A stretch of 64,000 nt of DNA from an uncultured Clostridium sp. (GCA_946497695.1 CAMMLJ010000007.1:3043-67042); one strand, 5' to 3'; shown: positions 18,277-28,742, counted from the first letter of the stretch. A program made the numbers and translations. The notes: generated by a model from the sequence alone, not told the origin.

Positions 18277-19559
18277 TTTTTCACCCTTAAATTACTATTT
18301 AAACCTGCTGTATATCCTGTTGAATAAGCTATCTGTAAGTTAAATCCGCCAGTGTATGCATCTACATCTATAATTTCCCCTGCAAAATATAAACCTTTTA
18401 CAAGTTTTGACTCCATTGTTTTTGGATTTATTTCTTTTATATTAATTCCTCCTCTTGTAATTATTGCCTCATCTATTGGTCTAAATCCACTAATTGTAAT
18501 TTCAAAACATTTTATTACATGAACTAAATCTTCTCTTTCTTTTTTAGTTATTTCATTTATCCTTTTTTCGTTCTTTATTTTTGCCTTTCGAATAACAGGC
18601 TCAATTATTTTTCTAGGTAGCAATTCATATAAACTATTTATAATTTGCTTGTTCTTAAATTTTTCAAAATCTAAAAGTAATCTTAAATTTAATTTTTCTT
18701 CATTTAGTGCTGGTTTTAAGTCTATCTGTAATTTTATCTTTCCTTTTTGTAATAATTCTTCTACATTTTTATATCGTAATATATGTGCAGAACTACTTAA
18801 TACGGTTGGTCCAGATACTCCAAAATGTGTAAATAGCAATTCTCCAAAATCTTCATATATTTTCTTATTCTTCTCTGTGTCTACAATTTTCATAGAAATA
18901 TTTCTTAAAGATAGACCTTGCATTTCTTGACATAATTGTAAATCTGCATTTTTTGAAATTAGTGGAACTAATGAACCATTTATTTTTGTTACATTATGTC
19001 CAAGTTTTTTAGCTATTTTATATCCATCACCTGTGGAACCAGTAAGAGGATAACTTTTTCCACCTGTAGCTAATATTACTTTATCAGCAGATATCTCTTC
19101 TTTATGACTGTTTTTATTTATATAAATTACTTTACATACACTACCATTTTCTGTTTGAATTTCTTCTACCTCAGTCTCTGTATATATTTTTACATTATTT
19201 TTTTTCATTTCATTTTCAAATGCTTTTAATACATCCATTGATTTATCAGAAACAGGAAAAATTCTATTACCTCTTTCTTCTTTTACTAATACGTTATTAT
19301 TTTTTAACATCATTATAATATCTTGATTTGTAAAATTTTTAAAAGCACTATATAAAAATTTACCGTTCTCTGGAATATTTTCTATAAATTTATCCATAGG
19401 CAAACTACTTGTTATATTACATCTACCTTTTCCTGTAATTAATAACTTTCTTCCGCAAGTTTTCATTTTTTCTAATAAAATAACATTATTACCTTGTTTG
19501 GCTGAGGTTATAGCTGCCATCATTCCAGCTGGTCCTCCACCTATTACTACTACTTTCAT
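18273..19559 (-). CDS. BaiN/RdsA (HI0933-like) NAD(P)/FAD-dependent oxidoreductase
   Basis: VVVIGGGPAGMMAA dinucleotide fold, LATGGKSYPLTGSTGDGY, C-terminal GLYFAGEIIDVDAYTGGFNLQIAYSTGYTAG. Confidence 0.85.
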   Translation of the reverse strand: MKVVVIGGGPAGMMAAITSAKQGNNVILLEKMKTCGRKLLITGKGRCNITSSLPMDKFIENIPENGKFLYSAFKNFTNQDIIMMLKNNNVLVKEERGNRIFPVSDKSMDVLKAFENEMKKNNVKIYTETEVEEIQTENGSVCKVIYINKNSHKEEISADKVILATGGKSYPLTGSTGDGYKIAKKLGHNVTKINGSLVPLISKNADLQLCQEMQGLSLRNISMKIVDTEKNKKIYEDFGELLFTHFGVSGPTVLSSSAHILRYKNVEELLQKGKIKLQIDLKPALNEEKLNLRLLLDFEKFKNKQIINSLYELLPRKIIEPVIRKAKIKNEKRINEITKKEREDLVHVIKCFEITISGFRPIDEAIITRGGINIKEINPKTMESKLVKGLYFAGEIIDVDAYTGGFNLQIAYSTGYTAGLNSNLRVKK

Positions 19560-19574
19560 AATCCTTCATCTTTC

Positions 19575-20828
19575 CTATTTATTTTTTAATAAATTATCTA
19601 CAGCTTTTAAAACTCCTAATTTTCCATATTGATATGTTAACGATCCTTGTTGAAAAGCTATATATGGAGGTCTTATTGGACCATCACAAGATAATTCTAT
19701 TGAAGAACCTTGTGTGAAAGCTCCTGCTGCCATAATTACCTTATCTGCATATCCAGGCATGTCCCATGGCTCTGCTACAGAATCAGAATCTATTGGTGAT
19801 CCCATTTGGATTCCTTGACAATATTTTATAAGATCTTCTGGATTTCCAAATTCAATATTTTGTACAATATCTGCTCTTTCCTCATTATACATAGGTTCTG
19901 TTTTATAACCCAGATTATCCATTATCTTGCTAGTTAATATAGCTGTTTTTAAACTACTAGCTACAACATTTGGTGCAAAAAATAATCCTTCTAAAAATTG
20001 TTTGTTTACTCCTAATGTTGGACCTACCTCTTTTCCTTCTCCAGGAGATGTTAATCTTTCTGCAACTAAATTTATTAATTTGGCTTTTCCTACTACATAT
20101 GCACCATTTGGAGCTATTCCTGCACCTAGATTCTTTATTAATGAACCTACTGCAATATCTGCTCCTACTTCTATTGGCTCTTTTTCTGTAACAAATTCAC
20201 AATAACAATTATCAACCATAATTATTACTTTAGAATCTACTTCTCTTATTTTCTTTATTACTTTTTCTAGTTTTTCTATACTAATTGTTTTTCTTGTAGA
20301 ATAGCCTTTTGACCTTTGAATTTCTATTACTTTTATTTTATTATTTTTTAAAGTATCTTGTATCTTTTCATAATTAAAATCATTATCGATTAAATCAATT
20401 TGTGCATAATTTATTCCAAACGATTTTAATGAGCTGTTATTTTCCTTTATCCCTATAACTTCATGCAAAGTGTCATATGGCTCACCAGTAATACTTAACA
20501 TAGTATCTCCTGGTCTTAATAATCCAAATAATGTTACAGTTAAAGCATGTGTACCAGAAATAAATTGATTTCTTACTAAACTATCTTCTGCTTTAAAAAT
20601 TTGTGAATATATTTTTTCTATAGTTTCTCTACCTATATCACTATATCCATATCCTGTAGTTGTTCCAAAATGTACTTCTGATAAATGATTATCTTGGAAT
20701 GCTTTTAATACTTTTAAACTATTAATTTCACATATTCTATCTATTCTACTAAATTCTTCTTTTAATTCATTTTCTGTATTTTGTGCTAATTCTTCTACTT
20801 TATTTGATATTCCTAATTCTTGATACAT
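19575..20828 (-). CDS. Methionine gamma-lyase-family PLP enzyme (YnbB / 'aluminium resistance' family)
   Basis: HFGTTTGYGYSDIGRE, SGTHAL, QRSKGYS (PLP lysine context). Start moved to ATG 20828 (AAGAGG 8 nt upstream). Confidence 0.8.
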   Translation of the reverse strand: MYQELGISNKVEELAQNTENELKEEFSRIDRICEINSLKVLKAFQDNHLSEVHFGTTTGYGYSDIGRETIEKIYSQIFKAEDSLVRNQFISGTHALTVTLFGLLRPGDTMLSITGEPYDTLHEVIGIKENNSSLKSFGINYAQIDLIDNDFNYEKIQDTLKNNKIKVIEIQRSKGYSTRKTISIEKLEKVIKKIREVDSKVIIMVDNCYCEFVTEKEPIEVGADIAVGSLIKNLGAGIAPNGAYVVGKAKLINLVAERLTSPGEGKEVGPTLGVNKQFLEGLFFAPNVVASSLKTAILTSKIMDNLGYKTEPMYNEERADIVQNIEFGNPEDLIKYCQGIQMGSPIDSDSVAEPWDMPGYADKVIMAAGAFTQGSSIELSCDGPIRPPYIAFQQGSLTYQYGKLGVLKAVDNLLKNK

Positions 20829-20902
20829 TTTATTACCTCTTTCTAATTTTCTAATTAAATTATCAGCCATTTATAATTATAACTTGCAAATCATAATAGG
20901 GC

Positions 20903-20935
20903 GCCTTTACGCCCTATTATCTTTTGTTAGTTCTT
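20903..20935. terminator. Hairpin terminator after the WG-repeat gene
   Basis: ATAATAGGGCG-ccttta-CGCCCTATTAT, followed by cttttgtt on the plus strand. It lies 19 nt past the minus-strand stop. Confidence 0.55.
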
Positions 20936-20953
20936 TAATTATATTATTAGTAA

Positions 20954-22738
20954 CTATTCATTTATATTATCAGTAAAATATTCTTCTTCATATCCTGAAA
21001 TAACTTTATAATATTTTCCTATAAAATATGGTTCTCCATTTTGTTCTGCGATTTCGTAAGTAGGTTCAAGAATTACATTACCATTTTTATCTATAACTCC
21101 CCACTTACCATCTTTCTTTATTCCTGCAAAACCTAATTCATTTAGCTCTGTAACTTTTTCATATTGATAATTAACTTTTATATTATTGTTTTTATCTACA
21201 AATCCCCACATTCCATCTTTTTCTGAAGCAAAAAGTGTATTATCTGGGAATATATCAAAATCACTTTTTAAAGATCCATCTAGACCAACATATTCTGTTT
21301 GTGTGGTTGAATATACTTTTATATAGTTATTATTTATATCTAATTTTCCATTTTCCATTGATACAATTTTACTTATTTGTTTATTATATAATTCTAATGT
21401 ATTGCCAGTCATGGCTTGGATAATATCACTATTATCTATTTTTTGAATCACCTCATAATTTATTGGAAGTAATTCTTCTCCTTTATCGTTTATTATTCCT
21501 GATTTACCAGAATCTCCTCCGACAATAAAGTAATTGTCAAATAAATACTGTATATAATTATATTTATTCTCTATAATTGTAGTACCATCTTTTGAAATAA
21601 CACCATATTTATCATTGGTATCTATAGATATATTGTAATTTTCATTATTAGTCATCATGATATTTGTAAATTGAAGATTTTCTTGTTTAGTACCTGATAA
21701 ATCAAATGTTTCTGAATTTCCATTTTTAATAGCTATAATATAATTTCCTGGTATTTGAATTTGGTCATACTCTATATTTAAAATTTGTTTTCCATTTAAG
21801 TCTGTTACACCATATTTATTATCTTTTTGTAATATTAATAATTTACTGTCTTCATTATAATTTATGGCTTGATAATTATTATCTAATAAAATTTTATCAT
21901 TTCTATATAACTGTATATTTCCATCTTTTTCTGTAACAAGATAAACGTTTTCGTCATCTTTAACATTATTCATTCTATATACTCTGTCAAAAGATGTTTC
22001 TAACAACTGATTTCTATTACTATTTAGATAACCATATTGCATTTTTCCATCTCCATTATTTACTCCAACTATATATCCATCTAATGTATATTCTTTTTCT
22101 GTACTGTAATAACTATCTCCTGTTATATAATCATACTTAAAATCTAATAACTTTCCACCATTTATGTTTATAACACCATATTTATCATCTTTTTTAGCAA
22201 TCAATTCTCCTTCTCTATATGGCATATTTCTTATTTCATCATATTGTGGCTTTATTATACTTTTTCCACTAAAATCTATTATTCCATATTTACCATCTTT
22301 TTGATATTGTAAAACTGTTTTTTCATATGGTATGCTACTTACAATTTCTTTTATGTCTATAGTATTTATATTTTCAAAATTTGTTAATATTTCTTCATTT
22401 TTTTCATTTAATACTTTAGTTTTATATTCTCCTGATGCAGCATTATAATCATATATACATATAAATATAGGTTCTTTTGGATTTGGAATTTTTATTGTAT
22501 TATATTCTGGTTCAATAATTATATTTCCTGATTTGTCTATAACTCCTGATTTTCCATTACTAATAATCTTGTAATAATTTATATCTGCATTTTCTATTTT
22601 TTCTACAGTATAATTTTCTTTACTTCTATTTATAGCAATAATTATCCCACTTATTATTGCTATTATTAAAATTACTATTAATACAATTATACTTATTCTC
22701 TTTAGTTTTCTATTATCTTTTCTTTCTTGAAATTTCAT
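20954..22738 (-). CDS. WG-repeat (KWG) protein with an N-terminal membrane anchor
   Basis: Many repeats of the type DGKYGIIDFSGKSIIKPQYDEI / DGKWGVIDKNGNVILEPTYE. N-terminal TM segment ISIIVLIVILIIAIISGIIIAI. Confidence 0.85.
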   Translation of the reverse strand: MKFQERKDNRKLKRISIIVLIVILIIAIISGIIIAINRSKENYTVEKIENADINYYKIISNGKSGVIDKSGNIIIEPEYNTIKIPNPKEPIFICIYDYNAASGEYKTKVLNEKNEEILTNFENINTIDIKEIVSSIPYEKTVLQYQKDGKYGIIDFSGKSIIKPQYDEIRNMPYREGELIAKKDDKYGVININGGKLLDFKYDYITGDSYYSTEKEYTLDGYIVGVNNGDGKMQYGYLNSNRNQLLETSFDRVYRMNNVKDDENVYLVTEKDGNIQLYRNDKILLDNNYQAINYNEDSKLLILQKDNKYGVTDLNGKQILNIEYDQIQIPGNYIIAIKNGNSETFDLSGTKQENLQFTNIMMTNNENYNISIDTNDKYGVISKDGTTIIENKYNYIQYLFDNYFIVGGDSGKSGIINDKGEELLPINYEVIQKIDNSDIIQAMTGNTLELYNKQISKIVSMENGKLDINNNYIKVYSTTQTEYVGLDGSLKSDFDIFPDNTLFASEKDGMWGFVDKNNNIKVNYQYEKVTELNELGFAGIKKDGKWGVIDKNGNVILEPTYEIAEQNGEPYFIGKYYKVISGYEEEYFTDNINE

Positions 22739-22854
22739 TTCAAATATTCCTCCTATTTGAATATTCCCATTTTTCGTTAGTTATAGTCAACTTATACATA
22801 ATTATATATTTTTGTAAAATATCTGTCAATGAAATTTCTTTATCTATTTAATTT

Positions 22855-24108
22855 TTACATTCCGGTTTTAGGAAGCTTTTTTACTTCATTTTTCACACCT
22901 AAACTATTTCTAAAAACATCCACTTCCGGTCTTTCCTCTTTTGCATTCTTTATTGTTATAGTTAATTCCTCATTAAATTCCGGTCTTATCTCTATAAAAC
23001 CATTATATAAAATATATCCAGCTGGTGATTGAATTTCTTTTATATAATATGTTCCCGGAATTATGTTTTCAATTGTTGCTTCTCCATTTTTATCTGTTCT
23101 GATTTCTGAAATTATTATTTCTTTGTTTTTATCTAGTAACTGAAATACAGCATTTTCTAGACTTTTCTCCCCAGTTTCATCCTTTTTTACTATTTTTATT
23201 TTAGTTTCATTTTTATTATAATAAATTTCTTTTTCTCCTGTTCCATTTTCATATGATACACCTGTTATTGCATAATCTTGATTAGTCGAATTTGATGCTC
23301 TTCCTATAAAAATAGGTTTTGTTTCTACATTTGCTAAAGCCTTTAATTTTATACTTCCTCCATTACTTAATTCACTTATTGGAATAGATACTCTAAATTT
23401 TTCATTTGAATTAAATTCTTGTCTAGGCTCATTATTTAAGTCTGTTATTATTGCACTATTTGTTGCATCTTCTTTAATTATTGTATAAGTATTCATTGGT
23501 CCTTCTGAATTAATATAAAAATCTTTACTTATACAACCAGGCATTTGTTTATTTTCTTCCCAGTTTTTAGTTTCTTCTATTATATTTAAGTTTGAAGATA
23601 TTTGATTATTATTTCCATCATTAACTTTTAATAGAATATTATTTAAAGCATTCCATGTTCTTTGGCCTGCTTCACCTATTGGTGAAAAGTCATTAATTGT
23701 ATAATTATATAATACTGAATATACAGCCATTTTAGTTGCCATAAAAGCTTCTCCTATTGTGTTACACCCCATCTCTTCTGGTGTTTTATATGGATATCCA
23801 TTTGTAATAGCTTTCCATATATACACATTTTTTATAACTCCATCTAAATTTACACTATAGCTTAAATTATCATCTACTCCTGCTTTATTTTTATCTAAAC
23901 AGTATGCTGGATATTCTTTTCCATTTTCGTTGTATACAACTATATATGTTTTGACTACAATATCTCCTTTTTTTAATAATCTTCCACAATCTCCTTTAGA
24001 ATATAAATTTTTACTATTTATATTTGCAAATGTCGTTATTGTTATAGCATTTAATACACATACCACTATACAAAAAAGTATAATAAATTTTTTCATCACT
24101 CTTTTCAT
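22855..24108 (-). CDS. Surface protein: TQXA/thioester-type domain plus a CnaB/SpaA-type domain, ending in LPKTG
   Basis: Signal peptide KKFIILFCIVVCVLNAITITTFA. EYPAYCLDKNKAG (thioester Cys context). TDKNGEATIENIIPGTYYIKEIQSPAGY (CnaB/SpaA fold). C-terminal KKLPKTGM-stop. Start moved to ATG 24108 (AAGGAG 7 nt upstream), giving a TAATG overlap with the sortase stop. Confidence 0.75.
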   Translation of the reverse strand: MKRVMKKFIILFCIVVCVLNAITITTFANINSKNLYSKGDCGRLLKKGDIVVKTYIVVYNENGKEYPAYCLDKNKAGVDDNLSYSVNLDGVIKNVYIWKAITNGYPYKTPEEMGCNTIGEAFMATKMAVYSVLYNYTINDFSPIGEAGQRTWNALNNILLKVNDGNNNQISSNLNIIEETKNWEENKQMPGCISKDFYINSEGPMNTYTIIKEDATNSAIITDLNNEPRQEFNSNEKFRVSIPISELSNGGSIKLKALANVETKPIFIGRASNSTNQDYAITGVSYENGTGEKEIYYNKNETKIKIVKKDETGEKSLENAVFQLLDKNKEIIISEIRTDKNGEATIENIIPGTYYIKEIQSPAGYILYNGFIEIRPEFNEELTITIKNAKEERPEVDVFRNSLGVKNEVKKLPKTGM

Positions 24109-24737
24109 TAATTTTCTCCTTTCCATTTTATAGCCTGTACATATCTACGATATTCAGGTTCATTTTCTACACATGTTATTAGTGTTATTTTATCTTGGCT
24201 ACTATTTTCTAATTTACTCCAATCTGTATCTTTTATAATTCCAGTTTCACTTACACTATACTTAGATATGTTTCCATTATATGTATAAATAATTAAATCT
24301 CCTTTTTGTAATAATTTTAAATCTTGAAAATAGTTAACAGGATATCCTCTATTATGTGCTGCAAGACCTATGTTTCCTTTATCTTTCGGAGTTTCTTCAA
24401 AATGGCCTACATATTTATTCATAATATTAGTACTAGTACCATCTGATATAGGCGCTATAAGATTAATTTTTGGTATTTCTATCTGCCAAATATTATGAAT
24501 ACTATTTAATTCATCTTCTACTATATTCTGAATTTTATCGGGCTCGATAACATTATTATTAGGAATTTTTAATTCTATTTCTATATTATCTGGAATAATT
24601 TTTTCTAAAGAATTTTCAAAAATTTGGTTTTGATTTATAAAAAATGTTTGATTAAAAAAAATAAAAATTATTATAGAAATCATAAGAGTAATTAAAATTA
24701 TATTTTTATGACTAAAATTACATATGGATACCACCAC
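24108..24737 (-). CDS. Sortase (class not assigned)
   Basis: N-terminal TM helix, GLAAHNRG (catalytic His region), ITLITCV (TLxTC catalytic Cys), ..RRYVQA (Arg). Confidence 0.85.
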   Translation of the reverse strand: MVVSICNFSHKNIILITLMISIIIFIFFNQTFFINQNQIFENSLEKIIPDNIEIELKIPNNNVIEPDKIQNIVEDELNSIHNIWQIEIPKINLIAPISDGTSTNIMNKYVGHFEETPKDKGNIGLAAHNRGYPVNYFQDLKLLQKGDLIIYTYNGNISKYSVSETGIIKDTDWSKLENSSQDKITLITCVENEPEYRRYVQAIKWKGEN

Positions 24738-24898
24738 CTATTTTGAAAAAAATAACTGAATAAAATTGCAATTTCCATTATATTACATTATTCTTATTAT
24801 TTTGTAAAGCTTTTTCGTAAGACATTATTCGACATTTTATCTTACTCATAATTTAAAGCATACATATTTATCATTAAATATCTAATGATAAAAGAAAA

Positions 24899-24929
24899 TA
24901 GGGATTCAAGGAACGTCCCCAAATCCCTA
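24899..24929. repeat. Single unit of the dispersed palindromic repeat
   Basis: tagggattcaaggaacgtccccaaatcccta, 21 nt downstream of the histidine-kinase stop. Confidence 0.85.
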
Positions 24930-24949
24930 TTTTCCTATTTTTTATTTTT

Positions 24950-26443
24950 CTATTTTTCTATATCTAAATCAAAATAGAATTCTACTCCTGTATCTTTATT
25001 TTCTACACCAAAGTCATTATTGTAATTATTCATTATTGCTTTTACTAAAGATAAGCCTATACCTGTACCTCCATTAGCTCTATTTCTTGAAGAATCTACT
25101 TTATAAAAACGTCTCCATATTCTTTGCAAATCTTCTTCTTGGATATTTTCACCAGTATTAAATACATATACTCTAACTTTATTTGTCTTTTTTCTTATTT
25201 CTACTTTTATTTTTATGTATTTTTCATTAAATACTTCTTTTGCATGTTTTATAGCATTTGTAAAATAATTTGTTACAACTTGCTCAATATAAAATTCATC
25301 TGCATATACCATAACCTCTTCTGGCATATCCATTCTAACTTCTATATTATTTTCTTCAAGCATAACTTTAGATTTTCTAATAACTTCTTGTATTAACTCT
25401 ACAACATTAAAATTAGCATTTTGGAATTCTCTTTTTCCATATTCTAATTTCATAAGCTCTAATAATTGTTTTACCAATTTATCCATTTTATTAGCTTCAT
25501 CAAGTATTACATCTGCATAAAATTGTCTATTTTCTTCATCTGTATTAACATTTTCTACTAGTCCTTCTGCATATCCTTGTATTAAAGCTATTGGTGTTTT
25601 AAGTTCATGAGAAACATCTGATATAAATTGAGTTCTCATTTCTTCTATTTTTGATTTTTCTTCTATATCTTTCTCTAACTCTACATTAGAATTTCTAAGT
25701 TGTTGTATTGTTGCTTCAAGTTTGTCAGACATAATATTAATGCTTTTTCCTAATGTATTTATTTCATCATCTACATCTTTTGGATGAAATTTTTTACTAA
25801 AATCAAGTCTTGCCATTTTCTCTGCTATTTCATTTAATTCTTGAATAGGCTCTGTAAATCTTTTTGAAATAAATGTTATTAAAATAGCTGCAATTACTAG
25901 TGTTATACCTCCAATTAAATATAAAAACGTATTAGAAATCTTAACACTTTCTTGTATTGAAGATATTGGCATTCTTATATACAGATTGTAATTATTATCT
26001 AATATACCTGATAATAATATATATGTAATATTGTCTGATGGATCTTTAACTTTTTTAATATTAACATCTTTATTTGCATATATTATATTTCTATTAGAGT
26101 CACTTCTTAAGGCATTCATTTCATTTATAGTTTGAATAAAATTTTCATTTGATGTATACAAATTTATACCATCTTGTGTTTCTAGTATAATATCATAATT
26201 ATTTCTTGCTGCATAATTAGATAATATATTAGTTATTACTTTTTCTGATTGATTTGTATTATAAGCTTTATTTATTTCATCAAAAATATCAACAAGTGCT
26301 CCTTGTTTTGTATATAAATAAAATGATTCTAAGACTATATTGTTCAAAATAATTAAAAATAAGATTATTACTACAACAGATACTGCAAGTGTTGCAAATA
26401 ATTTAAAACGTATGGAACTATATTTCTTATTTATTTTTCTCAC
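24950..26443 (-). CDS. Sensor histidine kinase (2 TM, HAMP, HisKA, HATPase_c)
   Basis: SHELKTPIALIQGYAEGL (H box), FNTGENI (N/G1 region), GGTGIGLSLVKAI (G2). Confidence 0.9.
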   Translation of the reverse strand: MRKINKKYSSIRFKLFATLAVSVVVIILFLIILNNIVLESFYLYTKQGALVDIFDEINKAYNTNQSEKVITNILSNYAARNNYDIILETQDGINLYTSNENFIQTINEMNALRSDSNRNIIYANKDVNIKKVKDPSDNITYILLSGILDNNYNLYIRMPISSIQESVKISNTFLYLIGGITLVIAAILITFISKRFTEPIQELNEIAEKMARLDFSKKFHPKDVDDEINTLGKSINIMSDKLEATIQQLRNSNVELEKDIEEKSKIEEMRTQFISDVSHELKTPIALIQGYAEGLVENVNTDEENRQFYADVILDEANKMDKLVKQLLELMKLEYGKREFQNANFNVVELIQEVIRKSKVMLEENNIEVRMDMPEEVMVYADEFYIEQVVTNYFTNAIKHAKEVFNEKYIKIKVEIRKKTNKVRVYVFNTGENIQEEDLQRIWRRFYKVDSSRNRANGGTGIGLSLVKAIMNNYNNDFGVENKDTGVEFYFDLDIEK

Positions 26444-27120
26444 TGTTTTACCTCAAACTTATATCCAACACCACGCATAGTTTCGATATATTTTCCTTTT
26501 TTACCTAGTTTATGTCTAATTTTCTTAATATGACTATCTATCGTTCTTGAATCACCATAATAATCATAATTCCATACATTATTTAAAATCTTATCTCTAG
26601 ATAGAGCAATATTTTCATTATCTACTAAATATTTTAATAATTCATATTCCCTTAAACTAAGTTCAATTTGTTTTCCATCAACCTTTACTGTTCTACCTTC
26701 TGGATCTATAGTTATACCGCCATAATCTTTAACTTTATCTGTTTCTTTCCTAGTTCTTTTTAATATTGCCTCAACTCTTGCTACTAATATTTTTGGACTA
26801 AATGGTTTAGAAATGTATTCATCTACTCCCAATTCAAAGCCAAATAATTCATCTTGTTCTTCTCCCCTTGCTGTAAGCATTATTATTGGTACTTGTGATA
26901 TTTGTCTAATTTGTCTTAAAACAGACCAACCATCTAATTTTGGCATCATTACATCTAACAATATTAAATTTATTTTATTTTGATTTTCTTCAAATATTTG
27001 TAAAGCCTCTTCACCATCTGCTGCTTCCAAAATACTATACCCTTTTTGAGCTAAAAAATCCTTTATTAATTTTCTCATTCGTGATTCGTCATCTACTACT
27101 AATATGTTTTCACTAACCAT
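26440..27120 (-). CDS. OmpR-family response regulator
   Basis: ILVVDDE..LILLDVMMPKLDG receiver domain, plus a winged-helix C-terminus LSLREYELLKYL...IETMRGVGYKF. 4-nt overlap with the kinase gene. Confidence 0.93.
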   Translation of the reverse strand: MVSENILVVDDESRMRKLIKDFLAQKGYSILEAADGEEALQIFEENQNKINLILLDVMMPKLDGWSVLRQIRQISQVPIIMLTARGEEQDELFGFELGVDEYISKPFSPKILVARVEAILKRTRKETDKVKDYGGITIDPEGRTVKVDGKQIELSLREYELLKYLVDNENIALSRDKILNNVWNYDYYGDSRTIDSHIKKIRHKLGKKGKYIETMRGVGYKFEVKQ

Positions 27121-27146
27121 AAATTTCCGCTCCTTTTACATAATTA

Positions 27147-27803
27147 TTATATATTATAACCACTTTTTTTGTCCAGTTTGTGAAAACATTTAAAATATTT
27201 ATTTATTTCTTTATATTTTTTGTTCTCTTTTATGATTATATGCCACATAAAAATAATTATAAAAACAATAGCTATATTTTTAAGATATAATATCCCGATA
27301 CTAGCTAATGCTGTAATAATGCTCATTATCGTATTATTAATTACATTAGTAATTCTATATGCCTCCATATTACCATAAATAATTCTTAATACTCTATTTA
27401 AGATTTGTCCTCCATCTAATGGATATATTGGTAATAAATTAAAAATCGCAATTAGCACATTTATATATACTGGTTCTGCCATATTATAAATCATAAAGAA
27501 AAATGCAATAACTATATTTGATATTGGTCCCATCAATAAAATAATTATTTTTTTTAAATTATTAAAATTTGATTTTTTAATCTTAGTATTATATTCTTCT
27601 TCTATTTCTTTAAAACATATAGATAATCCTAATGGCATAATTTTTATACTTTTAACTTTATATCCCAAAATTATACCTGTTAAAAGATGAAAACATTCAT
27701 GTATAATAGCAAATAGCATAAATAATATGTACATATCTATTTGATTTACTAGTAAAAAAATTATTGCTAGTAAAAATATTTTTATATCTACTTTAAATTC
27801 CAT
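27147..27803 (-). CDS. spoIVFB: M50 site-2 metalloprotease, SpoIVFB-like (short form)
   Basis: HExxH in a TM helix (AIIHECFHLLTG) and NLLPIYPLDGGQIL (NxxPxxxLDG). It sits directly downstream of an M23/LytM protein, as in clostridial spoIVFA-spoIVFB pairs. At 218 aa there is no room for a CBS domain. Confidence 0.55.
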   Translation of the reverse strand: MEFKVDIKIFLLAIIFLLVNQIDMYILFMLFAIIHECFHLLTGIILGYKVKSIKIMPLGLSICFKEIEEEYNTKIKKSNFNNLKKIIILLMGPISNIVIAFFFMIYNMAEPVYINVLIAIFNLLPIYPLDGGQILNRVLRIIYGNMEAYRITNVINNTIMSIITALASIGILYLKNIAIVFIIIFMWHIIIKENKKYKEINKYFKCFHKLDKKSGYNI

Positions 27804-27815
27804 TGCTCACTCTTT

Positions 27816-28676
27816 CTAAAAATCTAAAATCATATCAGGATCCACATACCTCTCTTCCTTTCTAATTTCAAAATGTAAATGAGGTCCTGTAACATTCCCT
27901 GTTGCACCAACTTCAGCTATTGGTTGATTCTGTGTTACATAATCACCTTCCTTTACATATAATTTATTACAGTGTGCATAATAAATCGCTACATCATCTT
28001 TTTCTATTCTTAAATGATTCCCATAGTCTCCTTCACTTGATGCTATTTTTACCACACCATCTAATGCTGCATATATAACTGTCCCAGTATTGGCTGCAAT
28101 ATCTATTCCAGTATGATTTTTAGGTACTGTAGCTGTAGTTGGCTCTCTATAACCATATCTTGATGTAATAGTTCCTACAAGTGGTTTTATTAAATTATAT
28201 TTACTTTTTATTTCATTTGTATCTATTTCCATTTGCGACAAATTTGTCTCTTCTACTTCTCCTGTCGCTCCACCAATGCTAGCAGTATTATCTAAAACTT
28301 CATTTAAATTAATCTCATTGGTAAGTTCATTGGTCATAGTATTTGTAATTTGATTTTCTGATTTATTTACAAATAAATTATTTGAATTTAACCAATTCAT
28401 GAAATTTTTATATAATTCATCAAAATTAATATCATATGCTATTATCTCTTTAGCTTTAGTCATCATATCTTCAGAAAATAAATTTTCTGTATGACCTAAA
28501 AAATAAAATACCGAATATATACTTAAACATACAACAATTTGAATTAACATCTTTTTTATTAATCTATTCTTATTTTTTGGTATATTTTTTACACTTTCTT
28601 GTCTTACATTTCCTTTATTTTTATATACTTCTTCTGCTCTTCTTATTCTTTCTTCTGTGGATAATACTCTTTCCAT
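27816..28676 (-). CDS. M23/LytM-family peptidase with a membrane anchor (SpoIVFA-like position)
   Basis: HTGIDIAANTGTVIYAALDGVV, GNHLRIE, GATGNVTGPHLHFEI. Start moved to ATG 28676. Confidence 0.85.
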   Translation of the reverse strand: MERVLSTEERIRRAEEVYKNKGNVRQESVKNIPKNKNRLIKKMLIQIVVCLSIYSVFYFLGHTENLFSEDMMTKAKEIIAYDINFDELYKNFMNWLNSNNLFVNKSENQITNTMTNELTNEINLNEVLDNTASIGGATGEVEETNLSQMEIDTNEIKSKYNLIKPLVGTITSRYGYREPTTATVPKNHTGIDIAANTGTVIYAALDGVVKIASSEGDYGNHLRIEKDDVAIYYAHCNKLYVKEGDYVTQNQPIAEVGATGNVTGPHLHFEIRKEERYVDPDMILDF

Positions 28677-28742
28677 AAAAAAAAACACCTCTTCCTTGGT
28701 AATATATTTGTACAATATATTCACAAAGTGAGGTTTTTATGT

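Noticed and set aside
24828-24834. Perfect Spo0A-box heptamer (TGTCGAA on the minus strand) about 95 nt upstream of the sortase operon.
   Set aside because: A single 7-mer is within chance expectation. Another perfect copy lies inside a coding region (12421..12427) and a near-copy at 11557..11563, so there is no evidence of function.
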